The translations under genes and the position numbers were made by a program. DNA of 64,000 nt from Chlorokybus atmophyticus (Eukaryota > Plantae > Mesostigma and Chlorokybus algae), in the NCBI GenBank assembly GCA_009103225.1, contig RHPI01001311.1, forward strand, positions 62,001-126,000. Reading direction: 5' to 3'. Shown here piece by piece: positions 1-13,122 of this stretch. Within the stretch, counting starts at the first letter, position 1. Every line of letters begins with the position of its first letter. Below the pieces are notes generated by a model. The model was not told the origin of the DNA and did not search any database. It worked only from the letters and a program-made list of their open reading frames with translations.

Positions 1-434
1 ATATGTTTCCAGCTGCAGCGGGGTTGGTGGTAGTTCTCACCCATACACCACAATCTGACTATTGTCAGCTTACTTAGTGTTAAAATATTGTGCACCCAGG
101 TCTAGGTGTGCGGATATTGCAGCCTGCATTGTAACAGTACAATCAAACTCCTTGTTGTAAAGGTGCCAAGCCTGTCATGCCACGTCCATATCACGCCTAG
201 TTGTAGGGAATAACTTGCCTGCTGAACACACGAGGGTGCAGTTGTGTTGATTCAAACTGTGTATGCACAGGGGAAAAGCGCTTGAGTTCTTGTTCTTCAC
301 CAGATCAAACAGGCCATGCCGGCTTGACAACATCACAAGTCGAATATGTAAGCTTGTTTCTGCTTCTTGTTTACTCAGGCAAATTACCAACTCTGTGTGC
401 GACTGAACAATGTGTTACATGATATCTCTGGCAG

Positions 435-3400
435 TTGGCGCGTGTCTATCTAGACAGATTGCTCGAGGCCCTCGAACAACCTGAGTTGGCCACGGGCCCT
501 GAGGACGCCCTGGAGGCAGCAATCGAGACAGAGGTTCTTATCATTGAACAAGCTTTGAAGGAATACATCTTCTATATAGAAGCTCTGAGCAGAAATCTTC
601 CAAAAGAGGCTGAGAAAGAAAGACTTGTCAAGCAGTATGCAAAGCCAGTCGTCCGTATGCTGGTGAAAGACTTCTACTGGGACGACCAGAACTACTGCTT
701 CCAACCTGCTGAACTGCGCAAAATTAGCCTGCAAACACTGCAGTCTCTGGGAGAGCAGCTGGAGAACTTTGCCGGCAGCATCGAACCTGAAGGCCAGGCT
801 GCCAGTTGTACACCAGTCGCCCATCCACGAGGTGATTGCACATTTGTTGCCTTCCCTGCAATCTCTGCATGACTTCTTGGACATTGTTAGCCTACATTCC
901 AGCGCCACCAGACACCATCTCTGAGGCCTTTCTTACTGCAGGAGCGCCTTCGCTCAACCCAAAAGAGTTGTTTATGGATGCCGTTAACAAGGCCATAGAG
1001 CCACATGCAAACACACGCCAGCAGCCTGTTGAGCGCTCAACGTTTGTTGACCAACAGTTATCAGCGTTGTACCGACAAGCTGAAGCGCTCAGTCGACGGA
1101 AGGACAGGTCGGCTGCCCTGCGAATTTGTCGGAAAATGGAGGCCTCTTTCATCAATAAGCGCCGCACGGACGGAGCTCACTTGGTACTCGTTGGAAGAAC
1201 TCAGTCCGGAAAATCCTCCACTGTCAACTTCTGGTGCGGTATGAAGGGGTTGCTTCCAGAAGGAGATGGGGAGTCGTGCACCGTGTACCCCATGGAGGTC
1301 GTTGGATCCCGCGAGTATCAACATGGCGACCTTGGAAGCCAGAGTCTGAAGCTCAATGTGCTAGACACGCCTGGTTTCTTGGACACCGGCGGTCCTGAAA
1401 CCGATGCCATAAACATCTGCAGAGTGCGCCAGTATCTCCATGACCAGCACTTTGATGGACAGACGTGTTTTCCCAGCGTAGTCTTAGTGGTATTTGACAT
1501 ATCGGAGTCAACACCATTTGGCAGAGATGGTCAATATACCAAGGTACGCCAATGCTTTCATTAGTGCTGGCAATCAGGCCTTGCTATATGCGTCGATGCT
1601 GACAAAGCAAAGCCCTGCAGGTTGTGCGCATGCTTACGCTTCTTGAAGTGGTGGATGTGTCCACGCCAAATATTATCCTCGTCTTTAACAAAGCCTGGTC
1701 GCCGAGAGATGCCCAAAAGCAGTATGATGACAGAAACAAATGGCCCCGTCTGATTGAGAAGACCAAATTGTTGGTTGCAGACACGCTTCGCCTCAGTTAC
1801 ATTCCCTGCCATGTGCTGCAAGAAGCCAAACAATCCAATCTTGACGATGTCACAAAGGTGCGTCAAGCAGCATGCGTTGGTGGTTCTCCAAAGAACACAC
1901 TCCGCTACTCTCTGTGTGCCATCTGCGTGGCTACTTGCACTGACCGTTAACCTGTCCCATGCCTTGTGCACTGCATGGCAGGCCAATCCGCAATACAGGG
2001 ATGGGCAGTTTTACAAAATGCCCGATGGCTCGATGCAGCCGAGAGACCTTTCACGCAAAATTCAAGTAGATATTGGAGGTCCCGTGGTCCGCATGCCACG
2101 GGTGCCCAGTGAAGACGGAGATCCAGTGCTGCGCTTGGCGGCTAGGGAGTGGTTCAGAAGCGAGGGCCGTGCGAACGTGGTGCTCAGACAGGTCAGGCAT
2201 TGGGATAGGTGGTGACACAACGCGCACAAACGCAGAGCCTGCCTCTCCCCCATTGTGCGCTAATCATGCCTAACAGTAGTGTCGCGATTGGCAGGTTTGC
2301 ACGGACCCATCTGAGGAGGACGTGCAACGGACTCTAGTTCAACTGAAGGGTTTGGATGCAGACTGCGCTGACAAGTCGTATTGGAAGAACATCCTGACAG
2401 CAACGGCATGTAGATTGAACGGTGGTCCTCAGCTGTCAGAAGACCAGGAGAATTCAATACAACGGCTGGCACAGGCCTTAGCGAGCTCCAGCATACCACG
2501 CCAGGAAGTTTTGAAGAACTCCAGCATGTCTGCAATACGGGTATGAAGCTTGACGCTTGGCTTTTACCACATGGTTGTTTGTCGACTTCGCTATTCACAC
2601 CTCAGTTCATGCGATTATGCTACCCAGATCTGGTTGGTTGGGCATAGCTTCAAGCTCGACGCATACATGGAACAGCTGCTGGAGCACATGGGCGTGAAGC
2701 TGCAGCACAGGTTTCCGGCCCATAGTCTCCTTGTTGGGAAGGGTTACGATTGCAGCACCAACAAGGCACTTGGCCAAGTGTTGAAGCTGGACGCCGAGAG
2801 GTAGAAGCAAACAAGCATATCATATTACTCGTTATCTGCTTATCATAGTAGATTTGCATTGCCTGACAAGTGCTCTTGCTGCGAGTTGCGTTTTGCAGCT
2901 GCTGCTGGCATTCTATTCTCAATGGTACACTGGACTTTCCGGACTGGCTAAATGTTTATGAGTCAAGATTGGAATACCACGAACGACAGGTTTATGCACC
3001 AACGCCAAGTTGTAATCCGCTTGAGGCATGCTGACCCCTTGCCTCTTGCAGGTTGCCACCGAGTCCAAGTTGCAATGGGTTGCGGGACTTGCTCGCTGGC
3101 TTGCAACTGCATGGTCGAATTACCGTGCAGGTATCCGCCTTGACAAAGTGCAAAGCTCGTCGGCTGGCAGGACGGCTGGCAGTGGTAGGTACTACGTTGC
3201 TACTCACGAGGTTGCACTGAAGCCATTGGGTAGCTCGGATTGTTACCCTTTTACCCCTGAGTTTGAGGGGGAACTTCAAGCGCTCCCAACATCCTTCCAG
3301 GCTGATTGGCGAAGCTTGCGTTCGTTCCAAAGGTTATATCTTTCTTTCTAGTTGCGTTCGCTCGGCTTGTTTGAGTTGTCATTCCAGACGCTTGCTCTAA

Positions 3401-4464
3401 TTGCGGCATAATTGAATGCAACAGATTCTTTGACTTCTTCGGCAGTCACCTGCTGCAAAGCCACCAAGTTGGCGGCATCTTGGAATGGGACTACAGTTCC
3501 AAGTCAGCAAAAGATGATTCCCATATAAAATCAGCAGGCGCAGCCACAGGAGTTGTCCGAGCAGATGTGCAAGCCAGCTTGGTATGTACTCACAGCACAG
3601 TTGGTGTCTCTGTACGCTTGTCAGCTGTCAGCGATTACTCTGCACGCACACTCGCAATCGCGTGCATGCACATACGCATGCATGCACACACACACTGGAA
3701 CTTTTGGAAGAGTGCAAAACTGAGTGCTGCAGATTTGCGCGCCCAACCTGACTATGCCTGATTGCATTCTTGAAGTAAGCGCGTCTGCCATACAAACCAA
3801 ATGTTGGCATTTTGACAGGCCGCCTCGTTCAACAAGGGGACAATAGGAGCAGATGGTGAGCTGCATCTGACAATCTCGAGCTCAGGCGGCCAGCCGCCCC
3901 AACTGGACAACAATGAACTCACTGACAAGGCTCTGGTTGACTGGAAGAACACTATCCGTGCTGACAGTAGTCACAAAGGCGCTGCATCTTTCATCCTGGC
4001 AGAAAAGGTATCAAGTGGCTGCGGTTGCATCAGTGCATTATTGATGACGTGCTAATAAGGACGTGCAGAGTCCGGGAGCTTTACTTCCTATCTACCATCT
4101 ACTTCCCAACAACCACTTGAAGTATCAAGCGCTAAGCCAGGCATGGGGTCACTTTTATCGGCAACAGTCGTTGAAGCTAACCAAGGGCCAACAGTTTACC
4201 TGCAACACGAGCACGCGTAATAGCGAGGCCAATCAGGATGCGAAAAATGAGAAGATCAGAGATCGAGGACTTGCTGGTTACAAGCGGTACTTGTTCCCAC
4301 TTGTAGGTGCTGGCTGCGTAGGAGCAGCTGCTTTCCTTACAACAGTGACCTTGCCCTTCGTGGCTGGCGGGCTTGGCATTAGCGCCATCGCAGCTGCCGG
4401 GATGGCAGCGCATCAGTATATCAGTCAGCCTCCTCAACACACCAAGTCATCGAAAGGTGATTGA
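435..4464 (+). CDS. AIG1/Toc34/septin-like P-loop GTPase - MACPF (perforin-like) fusion protein with C-terminal hydrophobic hairpin; 11 exons, about 1009 aa, 5' end not determined
   Basis: Manual splicing with GT-AG sites and consistent phases gives exons 435-831, 891-1543, 1621-1857, 1982-2191, 2295-2540, 2628-2800, 2899-2989, 3052-3332, 3425-3581, 3819-4007, 4069-4464 (3030 nt, in frame). GTPase motifs: G1 GRTQSGKSS, G2 GESCT, G3 LDTPG, G4 VFNKA. MACPF motifs: PEFEGELQALP, RFFDFFGSHLLQSHQVGG (matches Y/W/F-G-T/S-H-x-X6-GG), SGG...DWKNTI, LLPIYHLLP...QALSQAW. A possible extra upstream exon lies at 271-347. Confidence 0.85.
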
Positions 4465-6190
4465 GCCTGCTGTTACTGACTGTGCTTAACTGTTAGTTGT
4501 AAGCTAGTCAGTCGCTTTCATACCTAACTCTGGAACCATGCAGTGTAATACTTGAGTGAGTCACACCCCGGCAACACCACGTAAGCTGTACTTGTTATGT
4601 ATCAAGTGTGAGCTGTCAGTAACGCTCACTACTGTGTAGAGTGTGTGTGTCATCATGACGTATCGTCATGATGCGTGTGTGTGCATGCGCGTGTGTGCAT
4701 GTGCATGCACAACCAATCACATCCGATACACGCACTCGTACACGCACCCATGCACGCACTCTCACCCCACAGGCACAAAGGGCTGGTTGCTCCATGTCGC
4801 ATCTGTCAAGGTTGGTGACATCGTTTGTCAGTCAACCGCAACCTCTGCCTCCGTGCTTTACTCTGAAGTGGTGGTGCTGCCGGGTGCAGCCTTGCTAGTC
4901 GATCCCTACCTGCCTGCCAGTGCATGCACGCACATCGGAACTGACCCCCTTCTCTTGGCTTGTTGTTGTAGTGTAGCCTTGTGTTGCTGGTTATTTGTCA
5001 TCAGTCCTGCCTGTTTGCTATGCTCGTGTCTACCGTATGCACACACGCATGCACGCTCATGCGCACGTTAATGCTGTCATGCGCATGTACGGCATGCACA
5101 TGCAATGTAGTGGTAGTGTTGAGATTCAACTCAAGCTACTTGGCTACCCCCAAGTTGGGGGTAGCGAAGTAGCTTGAGAGTGAGTCTCTGGCCCGGTAGT
5201 CAAGATTGATTGTAAACGTCTATGCACAGCTAGATGTTTTGCAAGGTCATGATGGTTTTGTGCATGTTAACACCCCATTTCATTCATTGTACACATGCAT
5301 GTCTGCAATTTTCGAGCGGCATGCATCCGTGATTGTATACTTGAGTGCTGGTAGAGTTGCATATGACTTAAAACGTGCAGTAACGTTCAAGCGCGCACTA
5401 CTGCACACGCCTTAGAAGATACAAGTGCACACGCAATGCAAGCATGCACAATACTCGCATGCCCATATGTGCATGTGGTCTTCATGATTGGTAATTAGTG
5501 TACTTTCGCCGTAAGAATCACATTTGTCATGCATCAATTGCTTCCACCAACGGCGTCATTCTCTTGAGATCTTGGTGATTATGAACATAGCACGGGGTCA
5601 TTCTCTCGAGATCATGGCGTATTTGATAATAGCAAGTTTTTAGTAATTAATAGCGGAAGCATGCTATTAATGAGGGATTAGTTAATAACCCTATGCCGGG
5701 TCAACACACGCTGATGTGGCATGCACCACTTGATTGAATTTGATAATGATGTATATAATTAGCACATGCTTTGCTTGTTACATTCATTTTAACAACAACA
5801 TCTCATGCTAGTAACAAGGTGGGTTCCCCATTACAACAAAAAGCCAACGACATGATTTTGCCTTCCCTTTGGTTATGTTGTGTACAAGAATCTTCTCTTG
5901 GCCGACAACATATGCTTGTAAAACCATTCGTCGTTGTCAAAGTTATAATCTCAGATTTATTCACCCATCAAGCTGAGGGGTGAATATAACAACAAAAGTC
6001 TTCTAGCAACGGAAGATTGTAATACACATGATATGTGCATGACATCATATGTTTATGATGCACATACGTGAGGCACGCACACGTGCACATGCATGCTTAC
6101 GTACACCTATTGATGACCCGATAGATCCATGCATTCATGCATGACTGCTCGGGTTGGGCGGTCGTTGTTGGCTGGGCGGGGTTGAGTGCT

Positions 6191-6239
6191 AAACTTGTTT
6201 CAGCTGCTACAGCGAAGCTGTGGCAGCTCAAACAAGTTT
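6191..6239. other. 23-bp stem, 3-nt loop hairpin (GCGAAGC core)
   Basis: AAACTTGTTTCAGCTGCTACAGC-GAA-GCTGTGGCAGCTCAAACAAGTTT: 21 Watson-Crick pairs, 1 G-T, 1 mismatch. Confidence 0.7.
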
Positions 6240-7026
6240 TACTACCGATGATGTGAGGTCGGCGCTGAAGTGTCCCTGCTCATACTAGACATAAGGGTGA
6301 AAGAAAACCTTCTTAAATGGTCGCCCCCTGCTGAGGATACATAGTGGAAAGGGATAGGTAAGGTGTACATAACGGAAACGCACAAGGGATAAAATGCAAT
6401 GGTTATGAACGGACAAAGTCAACAAGCCATTGCTAGTTGTAATATTATAATTTGATTTCTGGCAATGAGGTTAATCAATGGTACCGATGTAATATGTAAG
6501 CCATACATAGCAAACTCATTCAAGCCAAGATTTGCATACCACACACACATCAGAACGCAAGTTTTGATCAAAAATTAATTAACTCACAATATACAGTATA
6601 TATCACCAGTGTCCAAGTGTTTGCATTGCAACTACATATACTACTGTAATAAGCACACAGAGAAAACGCGTTCCGCACAGCAATCAGCGTAACCACTCAT
6701 ATTCATCGATTGCTCATTGTCAATCAATCGTAGCCGTAATAAATAGCTGCGAGTCCGGTGAAGAGACCTTCCAGCTACAAAAGTCGTGACTCACCTTGCG
6801 GGGATGACCCTTAAGCAGCGATAGCCAACGGAGCATGATGGATGATTATGGATGATGATGGACATAAGCATCAACACATGATGAGTATGTGTTGATGCCT
6901 ATGGGGATGATCTCACGAATGGTTAGTTGTGGACCAATGCTCAATGCATTGCAGAAAGTTGGTCGGTGTAAGAGAATGGGAGATGCCTATGCGTATAGCT
7001 TGTGAATACGTGCAACATCGGCGCCG

Positions 7027-7631
7027 TGTCATGCCTATCACCCGGGCATGCCAGTCTTCATCGGGCATGCCTACAGCGAGACCCTCGCCCGGCTTACCAG
7101 CATGGCGACCCGCGCGCGTCACTGACCAGTAACTAGGTCATGTCTCTAGAGTAGCTCATGACCATAGCCTTCATAGGCACCGCGCGTAGATGTTCAGTTG
7201 TGAGTTCAGTTATAAGTTGGGTTCTATATCGAGTGGGGATTTCTTGTGGAAATAGCGTCGATATGACCGTTAGCTTATGTTCTAGACAGTCATGAGTTGA
7301 CTTGTATAAGTAGGCACAGTGTTCATCGGATCTGCTGTGGCCACTGTGAGTGAGAAAGCTAAGAGCTTGTGAAGCGACTTGAACTACGAAACACGCCGTC
7401 CCGGTTCCCAAGAACCCCCTCACCGTGTGAGAGCCTGTGCATGTTCTTGTGCACTGTGCTTGTCCTTGATGTGAGCTTGGTGTACTAGGTCGCGGTGTGC
7501 TTGTTGGCATCAGTCAGGGCATAGCATCCTCGTGTTGCTTGCTCATTCACCTCACTTAACAGTGTAATCTCTCTTCCTCTCATGCAAAGAACTGTGTAAA
7601 CAGCGCTACCTATAGTAGTGGCTTGTTGACT
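7027..7631 (+). repeat. E1 terminal repeat A1 (605 bp)
   Basis: About 95% identical by eye to 40978-41582; ends in the core GTGGCTTGTTGACT (7618-7631). Confidence 0.9.
7305..7351 (+). promoter_or_regulatory. E1 TATA box (TATAAGTA 7305-7312) and predicted transcript 5' end/self-primer (7337-7351)
   Basis: TATA lies 32 nt upstream of a sequence complementary to 7629-7643 (12/15 here, 15/15 in A2 at 41288-41302). The same spacing occurs in E2. Confidence 0.65.
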
Positions 7632-7643
7632 CACAGTGTCACC
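7629..7643 (+). promoter_or_regulatory. E1 non-tRNA primer-binding site ACTCACAGTGTCACC
   Basis: Directly at the A1/body boundary; no TGG-type tRNA PBS; reverse complement of GGTGACACTGTGAGT in repeat A. Confidence 0.7.
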
Positions 7644-7842
7644 CTCTTTGCTCAAGTGAGTGTAGTTGCAGGCTGCACATCAGCATCGCAATCTGTAGTT
7701 GTACACATCGCAGTGCACTGTCGTCACCGTCATCGCATAGCGCGCACAAGCGCTAGTGTGTTGGGTGATAGCAGCATTGGAGATCCCATTGTAGAGCACA
7801 AACACTCTACCCTTCATCCACTTTCACCATCGCATCAGCTGT

Positions 7843-10800
7843 ATAAGCAGGCCCACCCCTTTCTCGCCAATAGAAGAAGGGAACCTCAACAGCTGGAGCC
7901 CAACCTCCAACCTTACCTACGAGCGCGCAAGTGAAGGGAGCGATTACCGTAGCATCAGAGGCTCACGCCCCGTCTCCGGCTTCACCTCCTCTCACTCCAC
8001 TCCTCGACAACGAGCATCTCCACCACCGTTGGACGGTGACGACGAGGAGATGGAGCCTTCCAGCTCAACCAACTCCCTACGCTTCTCCAGACGCCCTGGC
8101 ACCACCTCACTTGACGAGTTCATCATCAAGTTGCACTCCAAGATGCGGCAGCAAGCCCTCAAGAGCAAGGACTGGACAGATGAGGTAACGTTTCATGTGT
8201 CCGCTCAATACCTTGATCACGAAGCACATGATGTGTGGAAGTCTGTTGCTGAGTTGCACAAGATTGATGGCTATGGCGAGTTGGCTAGCACCATAGCCTC
8301 CACGTCACTGCATAGCCAATCGGTTACTGTCCCTGTAGCAGCGGCCCCGCCAGCCTCAGTCACGGGTCTCACTCTAGCTGCAGGCATGGAGAAGGCAGAG
8401 AATGAAGAAGTTGAGGTGGTAGTGGCCTCATTGACTCCTACAGAGATCGAGAGCAAGAAGGCCGAGCGCCGGATCAGGATACTCAACCGCACCGCTGCCA
8501 TCATCAGGGAGTAACAAGAGGAGCAGCAAGCTGCAGCATTGGAGATGGGTACTCCTCTGCTACCAACACCGAACTCGCGTGCTCCAGCGGGAGGCAGTGT
8601 TTTCACCCTCGGCTCAGTGGCATTGCGTGCACCCGCGCTTACGGTGGGCGCGGCCATGTTGGACTCCCCGTTAAAGGACCTCTACGCCGCACTTCGGCGC
8701 ACCTTCCCACCTCAAAGCAACAGCAAGGTGGAGGAGTTGAGGCGTTTTCAACGGAAGCCCAACGAGGACCCTTTCCGACTGTATTCGCGGTTTGAAGGTT
8801 GCTTAAAGAAACTGACTACAAGATCGTCAGTAAGGAGGCGGCAGCAGTGGTGTATGTGGCCGAGTTGGATCCCACCCTGAGCGAGTCGACGCGCCTGACG
8901 CTGAACTACAGCAGGCCCCTCGGCTACACCCTCAAGGAAGCTTTCGAGACTGCACAAGCCATCCATAAGCGCGCGGTGTATGAGAAAGCAGTGGTGGACA
9001 CCAACCGCAGTGCCTCGCGGCCTATGGCAGGCACAAGTGCAGAGCCCCTTCCACGGGACCGCAGCCGAGAGCTGCAAGGCATCCATAAGAAGGATAAACG
9101 GTCAGCTTATGCTGCCCTTGTGGCTCCAATGCTGTGCCACCGGTGTGGTCGGCATGGCCACTACCAAAAGGAGTGCACTGAAGATTACGGCAACCTTGTA
9201 TGCGATTACTGCCACAAGACGGGACATTTGGAGACAGTATGCGGGCTCAAGTTCCCTGAGCTGCGGCCCTCTATTGGCTACAACAACGGCAACAACGCTG
9301 TTGGCTACCGCAACAACAACAACAACAACAACAACGGGGGCTACAACAACAGCACCCACGCTGGCGGCTACAACAACAGCAACAACGCTGGTGGTCGCAA
9401 CAAAGGCAACAACGCTGGTGGCCACAACCTCAACAACAACAACAACGCCGGGGCCCGCAAGGAAGAAGCTGGCTACAGAGGGAAAAACCGCCCTCCACAG
9501 CACAAAGACTGAGGGACGTCCTCGCGCTTTATCTGCTGCTGTAAAGGCACCAGCCAATCCACCAGCTGTTGACCAAGTGCACACGGCTTGACGTTGAAGG
9601 ACCATGCATGGTCCTTTCACGGACCCCGCGGACCATGCATGATCCGTATCCTGCGGGCCAGGACTGCCTGGTCCGCAGGGGACGGACCGTTCCTGGTCCA
9701 TTCGGGGCCCCGCGGCCCGTGAATGGCTGGCGCGGCGACGCGCACCACGCATGGTCCGTACCGCACCATCCATGGTGCGGCACGGACCAGTAATTTACGC
9801 TGGCCCTTGAATGCGGACCAGGTGCGGTCCCGCAGTCCTGTGGCCCTACATGTACTAGCACGCACCGTACATGGTGCCGCACGGTCCGCGCCGCACCATG
9901 TGCGGTGCGGCACGGACCAGTGCCCGCGGCCCTGCCGCTATCATGAGTAGGTAGCAACAACCTACGTAAGGTACAATAGATTGCCTACATGCCTGATTGC
10001 ACAAGTGCACTTAACGTGTTAATTGACAAGCCGCACCGACTGTCGGCTATACACCCGTGGACAGCCGCAAGTGGATAGCCGCAAATGGTCGGCGGCCGAT
10101 TGACAGCCGGCCGGCTGTCAATTAAGCTGTAAGGGGCTGTCTATGCAATCAACATACTTCATAGTACCGTACGTGTAGTTGCAAAAAGTTGTGGACATGC
10201 ACCACTAACTTACTTTATGCGTTTATCTAAGTATCTACTTATATATGAACATTATACATGTGTATACGTTAATGCATTTTATATATTATATAATATGTAT
10301 ATATATAAATGTTAACGTGTGCATAAATGAATCCAATATACGCATAGATACGCAAGTTTAATGGTTATATCAATAGTATTTAAGTTGAGCCGTATACAAG
10401 GTATGTCTCAAATGACGTCACTTTTTATAATAGCCTCTTATGAGACCGCAGAATGATTGACAACCCCGACCAAGCATTGTGTCCAACCAGCCAGTAAATG
10501 CGTACGTTGGTGCTGCAATGCGGTTTTAACAATCATCTCATGTAAACGAATATATACGTTTACATGATATAAATACTATATATATACACAAATGCTTATA
10601 TATGCACATGTGGATGTGTGTATGCGCACGCAAGCAGGATGTTGACAACCCCTAACAAGGTTATATACTTATGGACAGCCCCCAACAAAGCATTGTAGTT
10701 TACAAACCTTGGCAGCCGCCGAGTTGCGGCTTTTCGTGTCATCAACAATGACCTAAAATAACGTAATACCGTTGATTAATACTGGTACAGCCTATGCACA

Positions 10801-13122
10801 TTGATAGCGCATGCACTGCCTATGGGCCTGTCAATTCACAACGCCGACTTCCTGTGCAATTTCCGCCGCCGACAGTCGCCAAGCGGCCGTCGGTACAGTC
10901 TATCACGCAAGTACTACACTGGCCTTACAGGTACGTGCACATGTAGCTTAGTGGCTAGGGTGTCGTGTTTGTATTCCAATGGTCTTGGGTTCGATTCTCG
11001 GTGGACGCATGTGTTCTTGACTAATCATGTCTAAGACGCCGCGGCCTCGTGCGCTGCAACCTGCGGCCCCGCGGGCCGGGCGTGGCCGGTACCGTCGGCT
11101 TAAGATAGAGCATTTTCCCGTCATTTGCAATATGATGCTTATGCTTATGAATTAATAATGCGGTCAATGGTCCGCTGGCCGGACCAGTAATGGTTTATGA
11201 TACATTTGCATGATTAATTAAGTCCCTGGTCCGCTGGCTGGCTCGTACCTGGTCCTGATGCGACCGTAAACCGGCCGGACCAGACATGGTGCGACCCCAA
11301 AAAAACATGGGATCGTTCACGTGAGGTTTGGACCATGCATGGTCCGACTGTCAATGACAGCCGGACCATACATGATCCACCGATTTCACTAAGCGGGGCA
11401 AAATCCCGGCCCGAAGGCACGGACCATTCATGGTCCTTTAACGTCAAGCGGTGTGGTGGCAGCCCTAATGGCGCGCGTGGGACAGTTGGAGGAGAACAAG
11501 TTGCAGGACTATCAAGCCTGCTATGCTGCTAGGTGGGCGCTGGCGATGGCACCAAAACGGGATAGGGACACTCCCACGCCGTCACGCGTACAACTATCAA
11601 GACGTGTGCGCAGGGAAGCTGGCGCGTCGTCAACAGCGGCATCGTTGGACGCCACAAGTGGTGCTGCCTCGGCAGCCACAACCATTGCTGGCACGACGCC
11701 GTCGACGACACCATCAGCATCCACACCAACCACGACAGCAGTTGCCAGCACTCTTGGCACCACGCTGTCCCCGGTGATGGAAAACACCAACGCCGCAACA
11801 ACCATGGTCGTTGCGTTTGTGGGTGGTGAATCCACCACTCCTGCCTCCATTGAAGCGACCACATCGGCCACAACTGATGCCACCCTCACAGCCGCCACCT
11901 CAGTAACGACGACTGCTGCAGGTGCCACAACCATCGCCTCAAGTAGTGATGCCACACCCACTGCACCACTACCTGAGATTCGAACAGCACCACCATTAGC
12001 ACTTGATGTCACACAGCAAGTGCCACGCGGACCACAAGCAGAACGCGCCTGGGCGTCGGTTCTACGCAACGTGGAGCCCACCACCATTGCGTACGGACCA
12101 GGGGGGCAACGCACCACGCGCGTGGCACGCGATGATCGCATCTTGCCCCTACCACCTCCGGAGTACCACACGCTGCCGGAACCCACACAACAGCAGCTGG
12201 AGGATGAAATCCTCGCCGGCACTGCTCCGGAGATGAGGGATCATCTTTTCGGGGTCATCTACCGGCGACCTGCAGTGTTAGAGCTGGCCATTCAGTTGTT
12301 CTTGGCATTACACGCAAGGTTGCAGGGCGCACCCAGTCCATCGTGGCAACCCATGCCCGCTCAACAGGTCGACTTCGAGCCCTCACCACTGGACCCACTC
12401 GGACTCTAGCGTCGCAAAATACAAGACCTCGTGGTCACCGTGTTCGACATCACGCTAGGCGCCGATCCCGCTCTTCGAGGGCTCACTCCTGGCAGCCGTC
12501 AAGAACGGTGCTCTGCCCTCGAACAGGCACATCGTTATCTGGTGGACTAAGCTGCCCAAGTGGAGACGCGCCGACAGGCGTACGAAGCAGCACACGCCGT
12601 TGCCGTACCAGCCGTAGCGCCGGCAAATGTTGTCAGCGCCTCCACGGCGCTGCCCGCAGGGCACTCCACGGCAGTCGCCATCGCACAGCCAAGACAAGCA
12701 ACTGTTGCAGACCAAGCGAGGGCGTTGGCGCAACAATTGAGGGGGGTAATCGCCCCGCTGCTGCCACCTTTGGTCGAAGACATGCATGAGGATCGACGCG
12801 ATGCAGGGCGAGGGTACCTTACCCCGCAAGGGGACACCACACAACGAGGAGGAGCTGGTATGGTGGGGGAGCAACAACTCCGTACCGCACTCATTCGACA
12901 AGCAGTCATGCTGCACAGGCCTGAGGGCAACACATTAAGACGGATGATGGGGATGCGAGAGGGCAGCGCCGCTCGAGCCCGTCTCGTGACATGGCTCGTT
13001 GCCAATCACCCTGCTGTCCCCATGTTTGCCTTTGGCAACCGAGCATCATGGTTTGGGGCATTCGTTCGTTCGCTGCGGCAAGCATACGACGAGGCTGCCA
13101 CACAGCCCCGGACACGCTGGAG
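7843..13122 (+). pseudogene. gag: E1 gag region (start ATG>ATA, stops and frameshifts; two CCHC knuckles, N/G/Y-rich tract, unknown domain), interrupted by CACTA-like element
   Basis: ORFs 8029-8514, 8799-9512 (CHRCGRHGHYQKEC, CDYCHKTGHLETVC), 11453-12409 and 12560-13122 are collinear with E2 ORFs 28501-29625, 27232-28500 and 25209-27320. The sequence continues at 19172-19468 and 30491 onward. Confidence 0.85.
9580..11455. mobile_element. Non-autonomous CACTA/EnSpm-like DNA transposon with CACAC termini
   Basis: About 34-bp TIRs CACAC(G/C)GCTTGACGTT(G/A)AAGGACCATG(C/A)ATGGTCC; 3-bp TSD GTG (9577-9579, 11456-11458). Removal restores Gag DQVAALM, homologous to E2 DHMAALM. Many subterminal GGACCA/TGGTCC repeats, AT-rich core, no transposase ORF. 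Confidence 0.8.

Noticed and set aside
4643-5415. Cys/His-rich ORFs here and in many introns (45770-46330, 50810-51100, 53800-54100, 59950-60330)
   Set aside because: Translations of (CA/GT/GC)n low-complexity sequence, not proteins.
9600-9950. CRISPR-like array in the GGACCA repeats
   Set aside because: Irregular spacing, no unique spacers, eukaryotic context; these are subterminal repeats of the CACTA-like element.
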